A stretch of DNA of 63,987 nt, filler included, from Intoshia linei (GCA_001642005.1; 9 parts of 9 records of this genome joined end to end with filler, not necessarily neighbours in it), one strand, 5' to 3'; shown: positions 10,914 to 25,943, counted from the first letter of the whole stretch. Notes: generated by a model not told the origin, from the sequence alone. Program-made: numbers and translations.

Positions 10914-13563
10914 TTAGTTTGAAAATATCAAATTTCGATTGTATTCTATATTTGGACAAGAAAATTGGATAGATTTGATAATATATTGGATACCACATTT
11001 AATCTTTTCATTTTTGTATCCTTTAATTATTATTACATTTTTTGATGTACAATTTCGTAGTGAATCATATATTCTGATTTTTTTGTAATTCTTTTTATCG
11101 CAATCTAATTATATTTTATTTAAATATACGGGGATTTTCGACTACTTTTTGGTATGTTTGTAATAAAATATGTCAACTTTTGAATCTCTGACGGAATCAA
11201 TTCAAAGTAAAGTCGGAAAGGAATTAGTGGTCCCGTTTAGGCTTCTATCAAATACAGTGACCGAAATAATTTATAATATATTCTAATCAAGTTTTCAAGC
11301 ATTTCTTACAAAAATATAATTTTACGTTATTTAAATTTTTAAACATTGACGAATTAAACAAATGATTAGTATTTTTTTATGACATATGACCGATTAAAAA
11401 TTTTTTAAAATTTCAGTATTTTTTTATAAGTATCAAAAACCTATCAGGGTTGTATAATTCCTTATAAATTGTGACATTACTAGTGTATACAATACTACCC
11501 AAAGGATTAACATTAATAATCACATATTACCGTGTTCAAGTTGAGAAGTATCTCGTTTAAAGATATTAAATTGAAAATTTTTTCTTGGACAACCCATTTC
11601 AGCATTCTTTATTAAAGCTCGACGTAGGTCAATTATTTTATCATTTATTAAAAATTGTCGAATACAACCTAAAAATATTTTATTTTTAATAAGTATATCA
11701 ACTCTTATTATGTCCTAAAGTTATCAACGTTATAATTTGGGTTAAAACCATTTTTAAATCGAGAATAAACCTGTACTGTGCATTCCAACGATATAATTTT
11801 AGTTTCAAATTGTTTTTAGAAAATCTTTATATCGCTCACTTATAACGCAGAGATCCCACATAGTAGTGGTTTTATTTAAACGTATTTTATTTATCATTTA
11901 AATTGCCACACAAAAAGACAACTTATCTATGGTTATGGAAATTCCTTAATTTAGGTATTAATATGTTCCTAAATATTACCTGTATCTGGTATATACAAAA
12001 TATATACATTTTGACAACTCCTATAATGAGCCAAAATTTAGCCACTCGAGACAAATATGATTTATCAAAATTTTATTTTTGGAATATTTTTACCTTGTAA
12101 TGAATTTTTTTGCTTAAAAGTCCATGAATGTATCAAAGATTTTCGTTCATAATCTGATATTCCACCAACGAAAGCATTCATTATGTATTTATTTGATTTG
12201 ATTTTACTTTCAAACATTGTGTTGAATATATTAAACTCTGTTTTATTCAATATGCTATTTTTATTGTCATATAAGGATATATTAATTTTATTGAGGTTAA
12301 AATCAACGGCGAGTTTTATCTATATTTAATTTTTAATAATAATAATATTTCAACTACATTATATGTAGTGAGTATATGATGCATTTTTCACTTCATGTCA
12401 TTAGCAGAACGTGTGTTGAAGACACTTGAAAACATTTTTACTTAAATGTATTGAAGCAAAGTAACTATGGCCATCAATGATGACTTGTATTAAATTAAAA
12501 TTGAAATATTACCTGATAAAATTGATCAAGATAAATTCTGTTTTTCAAATAAACAATTGAATCAGATCCGCATATACGAAGTTGTTTTTGATAAATTTCA
12601 ATAGCCAAATAAGTAGATTCAAAAATTGACCTTTTTTGGGTATATATATGTGTATTATATTTGTGTTGAGGTATAATTGACATGTAAAATAAAATTCCAT
12701 TAATTGTTAGTGTATCAAACGAAAATTGTATATTTATTGTTTTGTATTTCTGAGCTGACATGAGGGGTTTTAAAATCCTGTCAATTTTAAAGGATAATCC
12801 GACGTAACCCATTTTATTAGTTATTATATGAAATGCGTCAGGATATTGACAATGTTTTCCGTGGAACCCTTTAAATGTAATTTTTTAAATTTTATTGAAT
12901 ATCATTACCTATATAGCATTGACAAACTTTTTCATCGACGCAAATGCCATTGATACACCCAGAACAAAATTTGTTAACATTGTTTGTATGACCCTTTTTT
13001 TTGTTTAAATTTTTGGAAAAACGTTTAATCTCACTATCCAATATTGGTGTCAATTGGTATGGGCATATGTAATTTTTTGCACATAAACATTGATCCAATC
13101 TATATAATAATATTTTAATTTATATAGTTATTTATGTATATGTATTCTGTATTAGTGCGGTTAATAAACCTTGGATAAATCTAACGTAAACAGCGAATAA
13201 ATAATGTACTGAAATTAAACTAATATTTAGCCACCAGAATTAAAGTTAGTGGTATACATCATACACCCCTTTTTATCGAGTTACCTTTCATCTAAATATT
13301 CAAAATTTTTAATTGTGTAGCATTTATCATTGCATGGAAAATGACACTTTTTTATGAAATATCTACAATTTAACCCATAAAAATTTTCTAAACATTTGCA
13401 GTAATATTCTTCTTTAATGTAATTGTAAATGCATGTTCCATTTATACAATTGCATTTTGTGGATTTATCTAAATTGTACTTTTAGTTTACGTAAAATTTG
13501 GCAACTGATTACACTAATGTTAAAATATTACAAGAAACTGAAATATTTATTTCTATAAATCAT
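10914..13563 (-). CDS. Multi-exon extracellular protein: EGF-like repeats, laminin-G domain and a degenerate C-terminal cystine-knot-like segment (Slit C-terminus-like architecture); 5' end uncertain
   Basis: EGF-like CNCINGTCIYNYIKEEYYCKCLENFYGLNC (~13370-13455) and CSGCINGICVDEKVCQCYI|GFHGKHC. LamG-like IQFSFDTLTINGILFY...YLAIEI, FVGG and GCIRQFLIN. Last exon 11104-10914 reads CDKKNY...NCTSKNV...KCG...FSCPN. Short GT-AG introns throughout. Confidence 0.6.
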
Positions 13564-13691
13564 GATAAATGTTTTATAATATATATAATATAGTATTATA
13601 ATAATATTTATTATTAAGTTGATGGTAATTTAGGGAAATATAGGTATATAAGAATAATAAAAGGGAATGCAAAATTTTTGAATTTATTTTA

Positions 13692-14216
13692 CAGTTTAAG
13701 TCCTTATTAATATTGAATTTCCACCATACTAACACCCTAGTTTACGGAATTTAATTTTTTTATCTAAAAACCAATAACTGGTCATATTTCTTGTCATTAT
13801 GAGTTTTTGAATAATACATGACGAAGTAATATACAAAACATTATCAACGGAGTCCACAGCAGTTTTTTAGGGTCCATCAAAAATTATATAAATTTTAAAT
13901 TATTTACAGAAACAAAATAAAGTTAAAAATATTATTTCCGCAATGTTGGTAATTATTTTTAATTAACATATGTAATTTAATATCTATTAAAAACTTGATA
14001 AAAAAATGTTATAAATTGAGGTTTAATTTTTAAAAAAATTAGTTTATATTTATCATAGTTACTAAAAATAGATTGTAGATCTTTAGAGATAAAATTTTAT
14101 TAACTGAATTTTTGGTTCTTACAAATTCGTTAAGAAAAAATAAATAGTTCAAAATTCTGTTAAAATGGAATTTCCGCTAACAAAAATTCCTTTAATAAGG
14201 ACTAAGTCTTAGACTG
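13692..14216. mobile_element. pogo/Tc1-type MITE (TIR CAGTCTAAGTCCTTATTAA-like, TA flanks)
   Basis: ta|cagtttaagtccttattaa ... taataaggactaagtcttagactg|ta. A related copy at about 18563-19001 shares internal ttaacggaattt motifs. Confidence 0.65.
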
Positions 14217-15870
14217 TATATCAAAATTAAGTATGTATTTATTTAACCGCCTTGCCCGTAGAATTCGTAAATTTTGATAGCTCTGATTTAGGTTTTTCTT
14301 TACCAATTTAAATTCTACTTTATATAATTTCAAAAAAAATATGAATTTTTGTTATTTCAGTTTTGAAGAATACAATTATTTTTTAATTGTAAATTAGAAT
14401 AATTTTGATTTACTTGCCATTGCGTATATGTTTAAAAACTACACTTACAATTCATAATGTTTGATATATAATATTTTTTATTTATATAATATTATTATGG
14501 AGATTTTCAATTGATTCTATTCATTTTTACTGACTTACCACAATACAAAGTATTTTGTAACTTCTTTAAAATTAACATTAAATTAGATTTGACAATAAAA
14601 GAATTTTTTAAATTTGGAAATTTGCTCCAAAAACTACTTATAATGATTGAGAAAATGAAAATCTCTATATGAGATAATACCACATTGATCAAAATTGACA
14701 TCAATTAGTCGGACGTTTCTAAGATATTCAGGGCTATTACATCGTGCTATACCAGGTTCGAGTTTATTTAATTTGATAAACTGCAAAAATTGTTTTGATT
14801 CGCTAAATTTTAGTTATATATAAAGTTTTATAAATTATAATGTTACATATATTGATTTATTTGTTAATGAATTTCAAAGTTTTAGATTGAGGTTATTGCA
14901 TCCGATTTTTAAATGGTTAAATAGTATTATCACATTGAATTCGTTAAACCAGGTGTTTTAACTGGATCAATGTGACCCTTAGGTGGTTTGAATTTTTAGA
15001 CGCGTCAGAGGTAAAAAATTGTGAAGTTGGAGCTATGCTACTTTTTTAATAATCCTTAATTAAATTTATTATTAATTTTAATATATCTAATTATTGTTAG
15101 AGCGACATAATCATTAATTTCTTAATTAATCATTGCTTTATGGAAAAAATTTTTTTCACCATATTAAATATTTTATAGATACAGTCGTCATCTCTATAAT
15201 GAACACTCCTCATAATGAATAATCGAAAAAAGTATTTTTTAGCATCAATGGTTTTCAAAAATTTTATCTTTTGACTATTTTACAACACTAAACGACAAAT
15301 CGGAACTTTTTTAAGCATTCCTGAATATGAATAGGAGAAAATGTAACTAATCCGATGGGCATACATGGGATTTTATATTTTTTCTCAATCGGTTTGTTGA
15401 AGAAAGATATAGGCCAAATAATTTCTGTTTTATCTATGGAAAATATCAACAAAAAAAAGTAATATTAAAGTGTCATTTAGACTCTAAATTTTAGAGAAGG
15501 TTCTCAATACAAATGTTTTTCTAAATTAAACGAATAAATTCGTTTTATGTATTTTTATTGATAACAACTATAAACTTTTAATTAAAAAGTTCAACGCATA
15601 GAGGAGATTTGACTTAAAGTCTAGACCCATTAAATTATTTTTTAATTCCGGCATTCCTGAATCTGGCAGTGGGGAGGTTAGGAATGTCCTTTAAAAAAAT
15701 AATTTATTATTTATTTATTTTTTATTATATTATAATGACCCCACGAGAAGCACTGAGGTATACTGTATTAGAAATGAAATGAAAAATTAATTACAAGTAT
15801 TGCAATGTATATTTAATTTATTATAATAAATTGAACATTTAAAAAATTATAAATTATTAATTCATTAATA

Positions 15871-16384
15871 CATTCATTTACTCTCTATAGTGAACAATGT
15901 TTTATTTTTTTAATTAAAGTTACCACAAAAAATACGTACTATCAATTTTAGTTTATTTGTGTTAAATGTAAAGCCAAAACTACTTATCTATGATGACAAA
16001 GAAAAATTTTCGGCTTAAAATTTATTCCAAATAAATTAATAGTGATAGTACGTATTTTAATAGTTAAATAGATGTAATTTTTCTTACCAATAATGAACAA
16101 GAAAGAAATTAAATTAAAAAATACCTTTCAATAGGTGAAAAGAAGAAAAATTTTGGAGTTTGCAAAAAGAAATCCAGTTATAATCAAAGAGATCTGTAAA
16201 GTATTCAGGATCTCAGTTGGCGCAATGAACAAAATTCTGAAAAATTAAATTATTTTTCATTATTTTGAACAAAATGATAAAAGAAAGGTAGTTCTATTGA
16301 AATCTTATATTTTGTTCACTATACTATTATAGTGAACAAAAATTTAAAATTCCACATTTTGTTCACTATAGGGAGTACGAATGT
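15871..16384 (+). mobile_element. Deleted pogo/Tigger element with a nested palindromic MITE
   Basis: TIRs cattcatttactctctatagtgaacaa / ttgttcactatagggagtacgaatg. Internal MNKKEIKLKKYLSIGEKKKILEFAKRNP is HTH-psq-like. Nested element aaaatacgtactatca...tgatagtacgtatttt at about 15929-16058 recurs at about 53550-53665 and 58040-58090. Confidence 0.65.
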
Positions 16385-19354
16385 ATTTTATAAGCAAAAT
16401 TTTTTCACATAATATTTGTATATAAGTAGATTTTTAGCTAATTAAAAAAATCTCAAAATTCCAAACTTGCAAATTATAAAACGCCTTGTTTGACAATCAG
16501 CTCTGCGGCTTAAATTTCTTACAATTTAAACATAATTATCTCAAACTAATTGAAATTAATCATTATAAAATATTGATAGGGTTTTATTGACCCTAGATAA
16601 CATATTATCTAAGAATGTCACATTGTTGATGAATCATAATCATTACCAATTACAATTCCATGGATTGTTTTCTAGTGATCTAAAATTAAGTAAATAAATA
16701 ATATTTGAATTTCGTTGGTTAGTACATTTTTATTTGAAAAAATTTTTAATTACATTTGAATTAGATTTTTTAAATATTTTAGAACAATAATCGGTATACT
16801 CGTTAAGTTGTTGTTTTTTAAAGATCTAAATTTATTTTAAATTTTAATTTTTTGATTGGCACTGTAATTTACCGATAATATTAAACATTTTAGTTGATTT
16901 AGATTTTATCTTTAATTTTTAAATTTATTTGACATTTTTAAAAACTTAAAATCACAATCATAAAAAAATCAAGTAACCATTTTGTTACCCAACATTTTAC
17001 ACATTATTACTGAAAAATGTTCAATAATGAATAGTCTTAGAATTGAAAAACATAATTCCAAGACTAATACTATAAATACGAATGAGTCTAAGATACACCA
17101 TACAAAATGTAATTACAAATATTTTATTGGATGTTTATGGAAAGAATCTTTTGTTAATTTACTCAAATGGTTTTCATCTAAATATCTAAAAAAGTTAATA
17201 TAAATTATTTACATTATTAATATCATCAAACGGTATTAGTCTTAACGAAATCTTCCTAAACGAAATGTGTTCAATTACTCGTCTAGACCTCTAATTATTT
17301 GCTTAATTACTTAACGAGCATTAAACATTTACAATTACATGCATTTTAAATAAATAATAATTGAAATAATGCGCCTATATTAAAATTTATGTAATTTTCT
17401 TGTAGATCAAAAAGATTACATCGGTTAAAACTGACTAAAATAATTGAATAAATTAAAACATACAATAATTCCAGCGAAGTAAATTCTTTTAAATCATTAT
17501 TATTGATATCATTGATATTATTTTTACTAACGTCTCTAGATTGATAAAAGTTAGTATATAATTTTTTAAATCACCATAATTTATTAATTATGATGTATAT
17601 ACATTTTTCTAATATTTTCAAGTAATCGTTTTGAAATGGCATCATCATTAAAGTGTATTTGTTTAATCAAGTTATTAGAGAATATTCTATATTTTTAAAT
17701 GCTTAAAATAATATTGAACAATACAAATTTGTAACGTAGTTTGGCCAAATGTATGGTAATTTTGTCAATTTATTATTGCCACAATCCAGAGTATCTTTGT
17801 AACATCTACAGTATTCAGGGCAAACTATATAAAGTAACTACATTATAAATGTACGACTTTAAAAAATATAATTTACCAGTTTCTTTTTTTTCGGTACAAC
17901 AAAAATTTTGATTAGACAACACGTTTCCTAAACATTAATTAATTAAATTATTTTAATTTGAGTAAAATTAAACCTACTTTTGCATCGTAGCTGATAACTG
18001 GAAATGTCCCACAAATTATTCAGTTCATTTTGATGAGGATTAAAGCAATGGATGTTTTTCCAAAAGTTTGAATTATTTTTTGTTTTCTCTTTTAATTTTA
18101 ATAAATTACAGTCGCATTTTATGTTATTATCCGATAAATTGCTAAATTCAGAGTATACATATTAAAAGTATATAAATTATTTTTAAAATTTACATAATTT
18201 TAACTCTTTTTGACAGGTTCAGCAAAGATTCGTCAATGCATTGAAAATGATTATTTGATAAGTGTCTAAACTATAAATTTTAGACATATCAACTGAATCA
18301 ATGTGTCTCAACCGGCACCAGCAAATTTTATGTGTGATCAGCAAAAAATTGAAAATGAGCTATATACCATTTGACAAAGGGTTAGTTAGATCAGATTTTT
18401 TTTAGACGGAAACAATTTTTTTTTTTAAATTTGCAGCTTTTCTTTTCAAAATTTTATACCATAGTAAAGATTTTCAGTTAGTACTAGAGTTGGAAATCGA
18501 TTAAAATGTATCGGTTAATTTTTTTTTAAATTTATAACGGTAAATCCTTACTTATATAAAGTACAATCTAAGTCCTTATTAACGGAATTTTTGTTGGCGG
18601 GAATTATATTTTAACGGAATTTTGAATTATTTATTTTTTCTGAACGAATTTTTGAATTTGTATAAACCAAAAATTCCGTTTATAAAAATTTTAATTTATT
18701 TTAAAATAACATTCAAATTATTTGATATTCAAGAATTTTTTTAATGCTCAATTGAATAAATTAAAGCCTCCATTTTAACACCAACTTAAGGACCAAGCAT
18801 ACGGCACTGGTAGTTCGCAATAAGTATGTTTGAATTTAATAATTTTTTTAATTACGCCATTGAAGCTACGTTGTCAAAGTTAATGTAAAATTTTCGATTT
18901 AAGGAGTAATATATAATAAAAAAATCAAAATATTACCTTAGTGACGTGTTCAGGTTTAAGAGGATTTTTTAAAAAAGTTTGAAAACCACTGACTTAGACT
19001 GTAATTTAGTCAAAAATGTATGTCCGTTGTATATTTGTTTGTTCCAGTTTATTTAAGAAAGTAAAAAGCGTAAAGTTTTAAGAATACCATTTCTAATAAA
19101 TTTTTTCGAAGATGATGTTTTATCGCAATTTTCATTTTCAGAAACTGAGTCCTTTAAGGTCAAAAACCACAATTATCTTTTTTTTAAAAATTCAAACGAG
19201 TCCTAGAATTATAAAAAATACACAATCTGATAAAGATTTTAAAATCATCACCATTATGATAAATTTTAATTTCAAAAGCTTGTACCTTCACGGCTAAATG
19301 CACAGATTACTCTTGTTAGTAAAAATCATAAAAGTTCTAGAATTTTATACAACA

Positions 19355-19776
19355 CTAAGTTGACTGTTATGTACTACATACAAACAGGACTTAGCTCTGC
19401 CGAGGACACATTTTTATTATACTTAAAAAATAAATTTTCATTAAAAAAAAAGGGTAATTTGTGGTTTTGGCTATGAAGATAACATTTTTTTAAATTTAAA
19501 TTTATGATAATGTTTAAGATTTTAAAATCTGTATCAGCGTATATATTTTTTTAAATTCTCCACCTTGTTTGATTTTCAAAAAAAAGTTCAATTGCGGTTT
19601 TTGACCCGTAAGATATGAGTTTGGGAGGTTGAAATTGTGTTTGCAAACACCCCCGGAAAAAACTGTAATTGAAATGTGGACTTCATAAATTTAAAAATTT
19701 TAACACGGGTAGTTATTTATATAAAGCTGAACACACACACAAACGAAAATCGCGTAGCATATTATATAAGTTAGGA
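19355..19776 (-). mobile_element. Apparently complete ~420-bp non-autonomous Helitron-like element
   Basis: Minus strand starts A|TCCTAACTTATATAATATGCTACGCG (matches 25944+) and ends hairpin + TTAG (variant of CTAG)|T. Inserted between A and T with no TSD. Confidence 0.7.
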
Positions 19777-21051
19777 TAAATTGTGAGATAGGTTTTAAAA
19801 TCATAAACATTATCATAAATTGCAATCCAAAAAAATGCATTTTTAAGATCAAATATAATATATAAATATATAATTTTAACGCTAGTATATATTTATATGT
19901 ATAGTATGTATGTCTTACAAACTATGGAGTTTTAAACAATTTGCAAATGTGTTATTGTTTAAACATTTGAACTTGTTATTATTTAAAAATCTAAAATATT
20001 AATTATTATTTTGTATTTATTTTTATTATTATTATTTACATTACACGTTCTCAAATAGCTGATTCTTTATTTATAGATCGTTTGTAATTTATAATTCATG
20101 TGCCAATACATGTACAATATCCACATGAAATTTACATTGGAAAGTTTCATATAAATTTTTTTAGAAATACAAAAATACCTTAATCAATTATAAAATATTA
20201 TCAGTAAGAGATAGCATCCAAAACCATATCATTTAGCCCCGTAAACGAGGCTGATGGTAGTTTATGTTAAATATTTTCTGTATCAGATCAGAGCCGTGGA
20301 AAGGTCTAATGGTTTACAACCTGCAGGAGACATAATATAATGTATACAAATGATCCGCATATTTTAATCATAATTTTACCTGAAAATTAGAAATATCACT
20401 CCTTGAGGTCTCAAAAATAATGGAGCTTCATTTTTTTTCAAAAATTGAGTATTATAAATAATTTGTTGATGAATGTCCTTCAAATGGCCTACTTCCTGGC
20501 CTACCACTGGTCAAAGAAGCCCAGAAATAACAATTTACCAAATCAATGAAATTCAAGGAAGATGGAACCCACAATCTTACTTTCGATGCATGTATTTATG
20601 TTTGAGAACGTCTAGTTTATATTTTTAGTTTCTATAAAATTACATTTCTTTTATATGATACAATTTATTAAACAGATCTTCATTTAAGTGGGACAAATTA
20701 TTGTACGACAAATCTCTAAATTCAAATAAATACAGTAAATAATATAAATAATAGTTTTATACATTTTTTGTAGTTTCAAATTATTATTAAAGGACCCCTT
20801 GTTTATTAATGCAATCATATTGTTATTCAAATAACTAAAAAATAAATTTTATTATGTAATATATATTATATATTCAAAATTTTATGTGCAATGCTCAGTC
20901 CAATTCCTGGTTAACAGAATTCCTTATTAACGATTAAATTTCCTAATTGATGAACGACATGATTTTTCTCAAGTACAAAATTCCGTTCATTTGGGGTGGG
21001 GTTTATAATGTAAACCCAGAATAAAAATAAAAATAATCTATTAATTAATTA

Positions 21052-22000
21052 ATCTTTTAAATACGTATATAAAATGGAATGTGTGTGTTACCGTTTATTT
21101 AAAAACAAGTTATAGAACTTGATAAAACTTAATTTCTAATACAGTTTTACGAGAGTGATGTTTTAATTCAAGTTTCATTTTCATAAATTGAGTTGAAAAG
21201 ATTGGAAAACCTAATTCTACGTTTTTTTTAAATGATATAAACACTAGAATTTGAATTAACATACATTCTGCACGCGTTTTAAAACCATTAACATTGTCGT
21301 TAATCTCAGCTTAGAAACTTTCATCTTCGTAGTGAAAACAATAATAAAACTTTTTTAAAAAATGAAGGTTAGAAAATTTAGGTTCTAGGTAGACTTTTAT
21401 AAAATATAAATTGTGGGATACTATTTAAAATTATAAGTATTTTCATAAATCGCAACAATAAAAAATTGCAGTTTTACGATGAAAACCCCAAATTACTTTT
21501 TTTTTAAAAAATGAAAACAGAATTTTTAAAAAAATTACATACGATACAGTTCTATCCAGTTAACACACACAACAAATTTTAATCTGAAAAAATGACGCCT
21601 TCACGGTCATAAAAGTACATTGGTATTAAATTTTTTAATTTTCTAACTTTTCTGATTTTATTAACACTATTAACTCTTTCACTGTCTAGAATTTATGTTT
21701 TAATTTAAACTTGTATAATTTTTAAATTATCTATGTAAAAATGTATGAAAATAAAAAAATAAAGTTTTTCAAAATGATGCTGTGTATAGTATAGAATACA
21801 CAGACAGTGAAAGGGTTAAAAAAAAAATTTGAAATAATTAACGATTCTAGAATTTAAAAAAAATTTTATTCTGATACAGTTTATTCCAGATGATCTAGAC
21901 AAAAAATTTCAACCCCAGAAATCTACGCATTCCCGGTGAAAAATAATTTTTAATATAGTAGCATCCAATATTTTTGAAATTTTGTGCAATTTAAACGATA
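21052..22000 (+). mobile_element. Helitron-like repeat family copy carrying a piggyBac MITE
   Basis: Shares blocks such as ttcacggtcaaaaa, ttattctgata..ttattcc and cccagaaatc.acgcattcccggtgaaaaa with 25944-26580, 30230-30400, 33439-33830, 53090-53520 and 55054-56820. Confidence 0.6.
21674..21815. mobile_element. piggyBac-type MITE, second copy
   Basis: TTAA|CTCTTTCACTGTCT...AGACAGTGAAAGGG|TTAA; internally similar to 10558-10734. Confidence 0.88.
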
Positions 22001-23544
22001 TAAAAATCAAAATAATCATGCTAAAATTTCATAAAACGTAAGTAAATAAAGTATGCGTTTCTTAAATAAATTTTTAATATTACATACTACTTAATAGTAT
22101 ATACAATAGCTAATAAAATACTGACTGTACTTGAATAGATTTTTTCTTAAATTTATCAAAAAAAAATAATAAAAATATATTTCCTTTTGATTTTTTCAGA
22201 TTTTTTTCCAGAATTACGTATTTACCAGAAGCGAATTCAAAATGAACATATTCTAAACAAAAATCCTCCATATGTTAATATTTTAATTAAAAATAATTTT
22301 AAAAACATTCCGTGAATAAGCAATTAGATTTTAATTGAATTTTTAATATTTATTAATGGTCAAGTATACTCGACTGATTGAAAATTTAAAATTTATGTCT
22401 ATATATAGTATTCCAGAGGGTCCCAGTCTTTTTAATACGAGAACCAGGATTGCACGCACAAAAATTAAATTACATTTTCTTTAAATTGTACAAATTTTGT
22501 AAGGATTCATTTGATACAAATTTAATGTTATTATTGTTTAATTTTCTAAAATATAAAAATGTTTGAAAATAAATTAAACAATTACAGATATTTAACCCAT
22601 ATAGGAAAATTTTTTGGAATTTCAAGATAATTTTGAAAACTACAATCAATTAAACGTTTTCTAGTACAGTGACAACCAATTGGACAATTTTCAAATATGT
22701 TGCAATTTTTTTTTATAAAAAAAATTTTATGTTTTATATCTAATTACAGTTATAAATGCTAAATTAAATTATTAATTTAGTCAATGCCGTGCCGCGAACC
22801 AAATCAACACCTGTACCCGATTGTGTTTAAGATGAAACTACTGTAGAAGTTGGTGGAGATATTGATAATAAAACAGACTATACTGTATACCTCTAGAAGA
22901 GTTGTCCAACTCAGTCACAAAACTAAAAAAAAATAGAAAAACAACATACATTCATAGAACAATTTTATTTTGTAAAAATTTTAACGTGTTTAAATGTTAA
23001 CCAATTGGGTTTTGATATGGAACTATACAATAAATTTAAAGTTTTAAAGTTTTTTTAATTGTATGAAATTGCTATAATAAATTAAATAATTGTAAAACCA
23101 TTTCGCAATTGGCACCATTCTAACTTTCATGCGCGGATAAGTATATTCACTCGGCAGTGATTATATTATTATTATTATGAAATAATAAGTTTTTAATTAC
23201 AAATTTCATGAATAATGGAGTAATTATCATTTTTCATGCACAAGTGTCTATATCTATCGATTGATATATTTTTAATGTATTGACTTTTAGAATCATAATA
23301 TCTGCATCTATGAAGCATTGTTATTCGGTTTTTCGAAAAAAAATCACAAGTACAGTACATATTATTTTCTGTCAGGTCTCTATATAATTTAATTATAATT
23401 GATGTATATAATGAGATAATACCGGAATATATGGGTTTTCTCAATGGAACTACTGGAATTACCCAAAACCCAATATTTTCATTTTTTACCACAGATCGGT
23501 TATGTTCAAAGGTGTTACCAACACGTGCTGGTATTAGCATCAAC

Positions 23545-23790
23545 ATTTCCCCTAAAAATCCCCTTCTACGATTTTAAAAAAAAACCTATGAGAAAAAACC
23601 TTTAATCAAACCACAAAATTAAAAATCCAATTTTACCAACCCTTAAGCCTATTTAGGGTAAAAATCTCTTTTCTTACATTTTTTGGAAAACTTTGATTTT
23701 ACCAAACCTTACAAGAAAAAAATCATAATCTAACCACAATACAAAAAACCTAAATTTTAGCAAACCATGAAAGAAAAAACTCTTTTTCCG
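23545..23790. repeat. Degenerate ~30-bp tandem repeats related to the foldback-like family
   Basis: Recurrent aaaatcc..ttttaccaa.cctt units like those at 37290-37560 and 42980-43220. Confidence 0.5.
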
Positions 23791-23972
23791 AGTACTTAGT
23801 TCTAAACCCCAAAAAATTTGTGAGACATACAAGCGTCATTATTGTTAGTTTACATTTTACAAATTAGTCATTTATAAATTTAAAAATATTTGCTGATACC
23901 AGCAAATCGACCAACCTTGGTTATGTTACATTAAATTATTCGATGACTACTTAAAATCTAATTACTAATGAG

Positions 23973-24307
23973 CAGGGGTGTCAATTATGCGGCCCTCGGG
24001 CCATTTATAATATAAATTTTTATTTTTTATAACAATTTTTTACACATATTTCTTATTTTATAGTTTTTTCATATATTTTTCATGATTTATTTATTCATTA
24101 ATATAATTTTAACATTATTTGTACACTTATTCCATTTTTATTGTTGCATATTTCATTTTAGGAATTAAAATTATCATAAATTAATTAAATCTGTTAGTTT
24201 TAACATAATTTTTTAACATAATCATAACTAAAGATTCTTTTTGTGCGGCTCGCGTAATAATTTTTTTCACATTTGGCCCGCCAAGAAAATTGAGTCTGAC
24301 ACCCCTG
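23973..24307 (-). mobile_element. hAT-type MITE, family A
   Basis: TIR CAGGGGTGTCA...TGACACCCCTG; 8-bp TSD ctaatgag/ctaaggag. Other copies at 34043-34283 and 52369-52681. Confidence 0.88.
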
Positions 24308-25943
24308 CTAAGGAGCATTACCGAAAAATTATCAATTTATTAATTTTTTCAAATTTTTCCATCATATTTAAAGCTTTTCTATAGAACTCAATATACATTT
24401 TATCCTATTCGCAATTTCTTATTTTTTTTATTTTTTTGAAAAATTAATTAATTTTACTTTATTAACATATTTTATTATTATGGATTGCTTTTGAAAAAAT
24501 TTTAGCGGATAATGAAGGCTCCACTGTTAGTTAGTTATTATATGTTAGTTATTAGTTATTTATTTTCCAATGTATTTCGTAATTTATGGTTTTAACCGTC
24601 AATATTTAAACATTAGATATACAATGTATATCTAATTATTGTATATTATACATGTATTGAAATTAATGAGACTACAGTTTTGTATAGTTTTGAAAAACGA
24701 TCTACTACTTGTAGTACAATTACAAATATATTTTATAAATTACACAATAAACTTGGGATTTAAATAATGAAAGTTTAAGTACAATAGTTTATTATCATGT
24801 AGTGATCTAAATATTAATTAATAAATTATTGTATCTATAAAATTTTGTAATAAAACCGTATTACATGCAATAATACATATATCACATATATAATTAATAT
24901 TCATTAATTTATTATATATATAATATTGCAACAACTCACAATACTTTCAAGTTGCTAATATTTGCCTTTCCAAAATTGACACATTTGATTTTGTTTGAAT
25001 TTAATAATCTAATAATTTATGAAATATTGAAAATAATTTAAATATAATCACAATAAGTGACTCCGTACTAAACATATTACCATCCAAATAATTACATGCA
25101 TACAAATAAGGCATACATAGCGAGCCTTACCTCATTATCTTAACTTAATATTTAACTACAATTTTCATGTACAATGTACATTAGGGTGTGCACTTTTTGA
25201 AAGAACAAAAAGTCTATTTGCATATAGATGTGTTTTTATTTTCTGATCACGAATATGCAAAAATAAATTAATTTAATTTAAGTTTTATCAAACAACATTT
25301 ATAATAATATTAATAATTAGTAGTAATAATTTATCGATATTAAAACAATAGTGATCAGTGATCACTGATGACATCGTTTTAAATTTTCATTGTTTGTTTT
25401 ATGATAGTCATAAATAGTGGATAATATGGTTTTGTAAAATTTTTGTTTTTACCCCCTAAAAAATTATTCACCCCTTGTGGGTAAATAATGACCACACGAG
25501 AAGCATTGAGGTATACTGTATTAGAAATGAAATAAAAAATTAATTACAAGTATTGCAATTTAGGTATATTATTGAAAGCATTAAAATTGATACTTTCCAT
25601 TTTGTTAGTATACATATATCTAAATAAATATACATAAAGTGATGTATATATGTATAACATGTTTAAAAATTGATACGAGAATTGGATATAAAATAAAATA
25701 AGATTATTACACATTCTCTAGTGACGTCAAATTATTAAAACTTTCACTTTCTACTGATTCAATTAGGTTATTAGATAAGTCTCTAAAATTGATTTAAATA
25801 TTCCATGATAAATACTTAAATATAGTACACCAAGTAGTGCATATGCATTGCATAGCCCGTCATTTCCAAATGGCGATTTAGTGTCAAGGGCGCGATTTTG
25901 AAATTTTATTTCATGATAAAATTATTTATTAAAAAAATATATA

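Noticed and set aside
10914-13563. Possible TAA/TAG stop-codon reassignment suggested by in-frame TAAs
   Set aside because: Long conserved exons (PABP, GCN2, AOS-LOX) have no internal TAA/TAG, use CAA/CAG for Gln and several genes end in TAA; most apparent stops fall in mini-introns.
20200-20600. Slightly GC-richer coding-like stretch (LWVPSSLNFIDLVNCYFW on minus)
   Set aside because: Stops in the frames examined and no consistent splice model; only weak resemblance to a mariner motif.
14507-23546. Short ORFs at 14507, 16982, 19112 and 23193
   Set aside because: No recognisable motifs; low-complexity translations expected by chance in AT-rich or repeat DNA.
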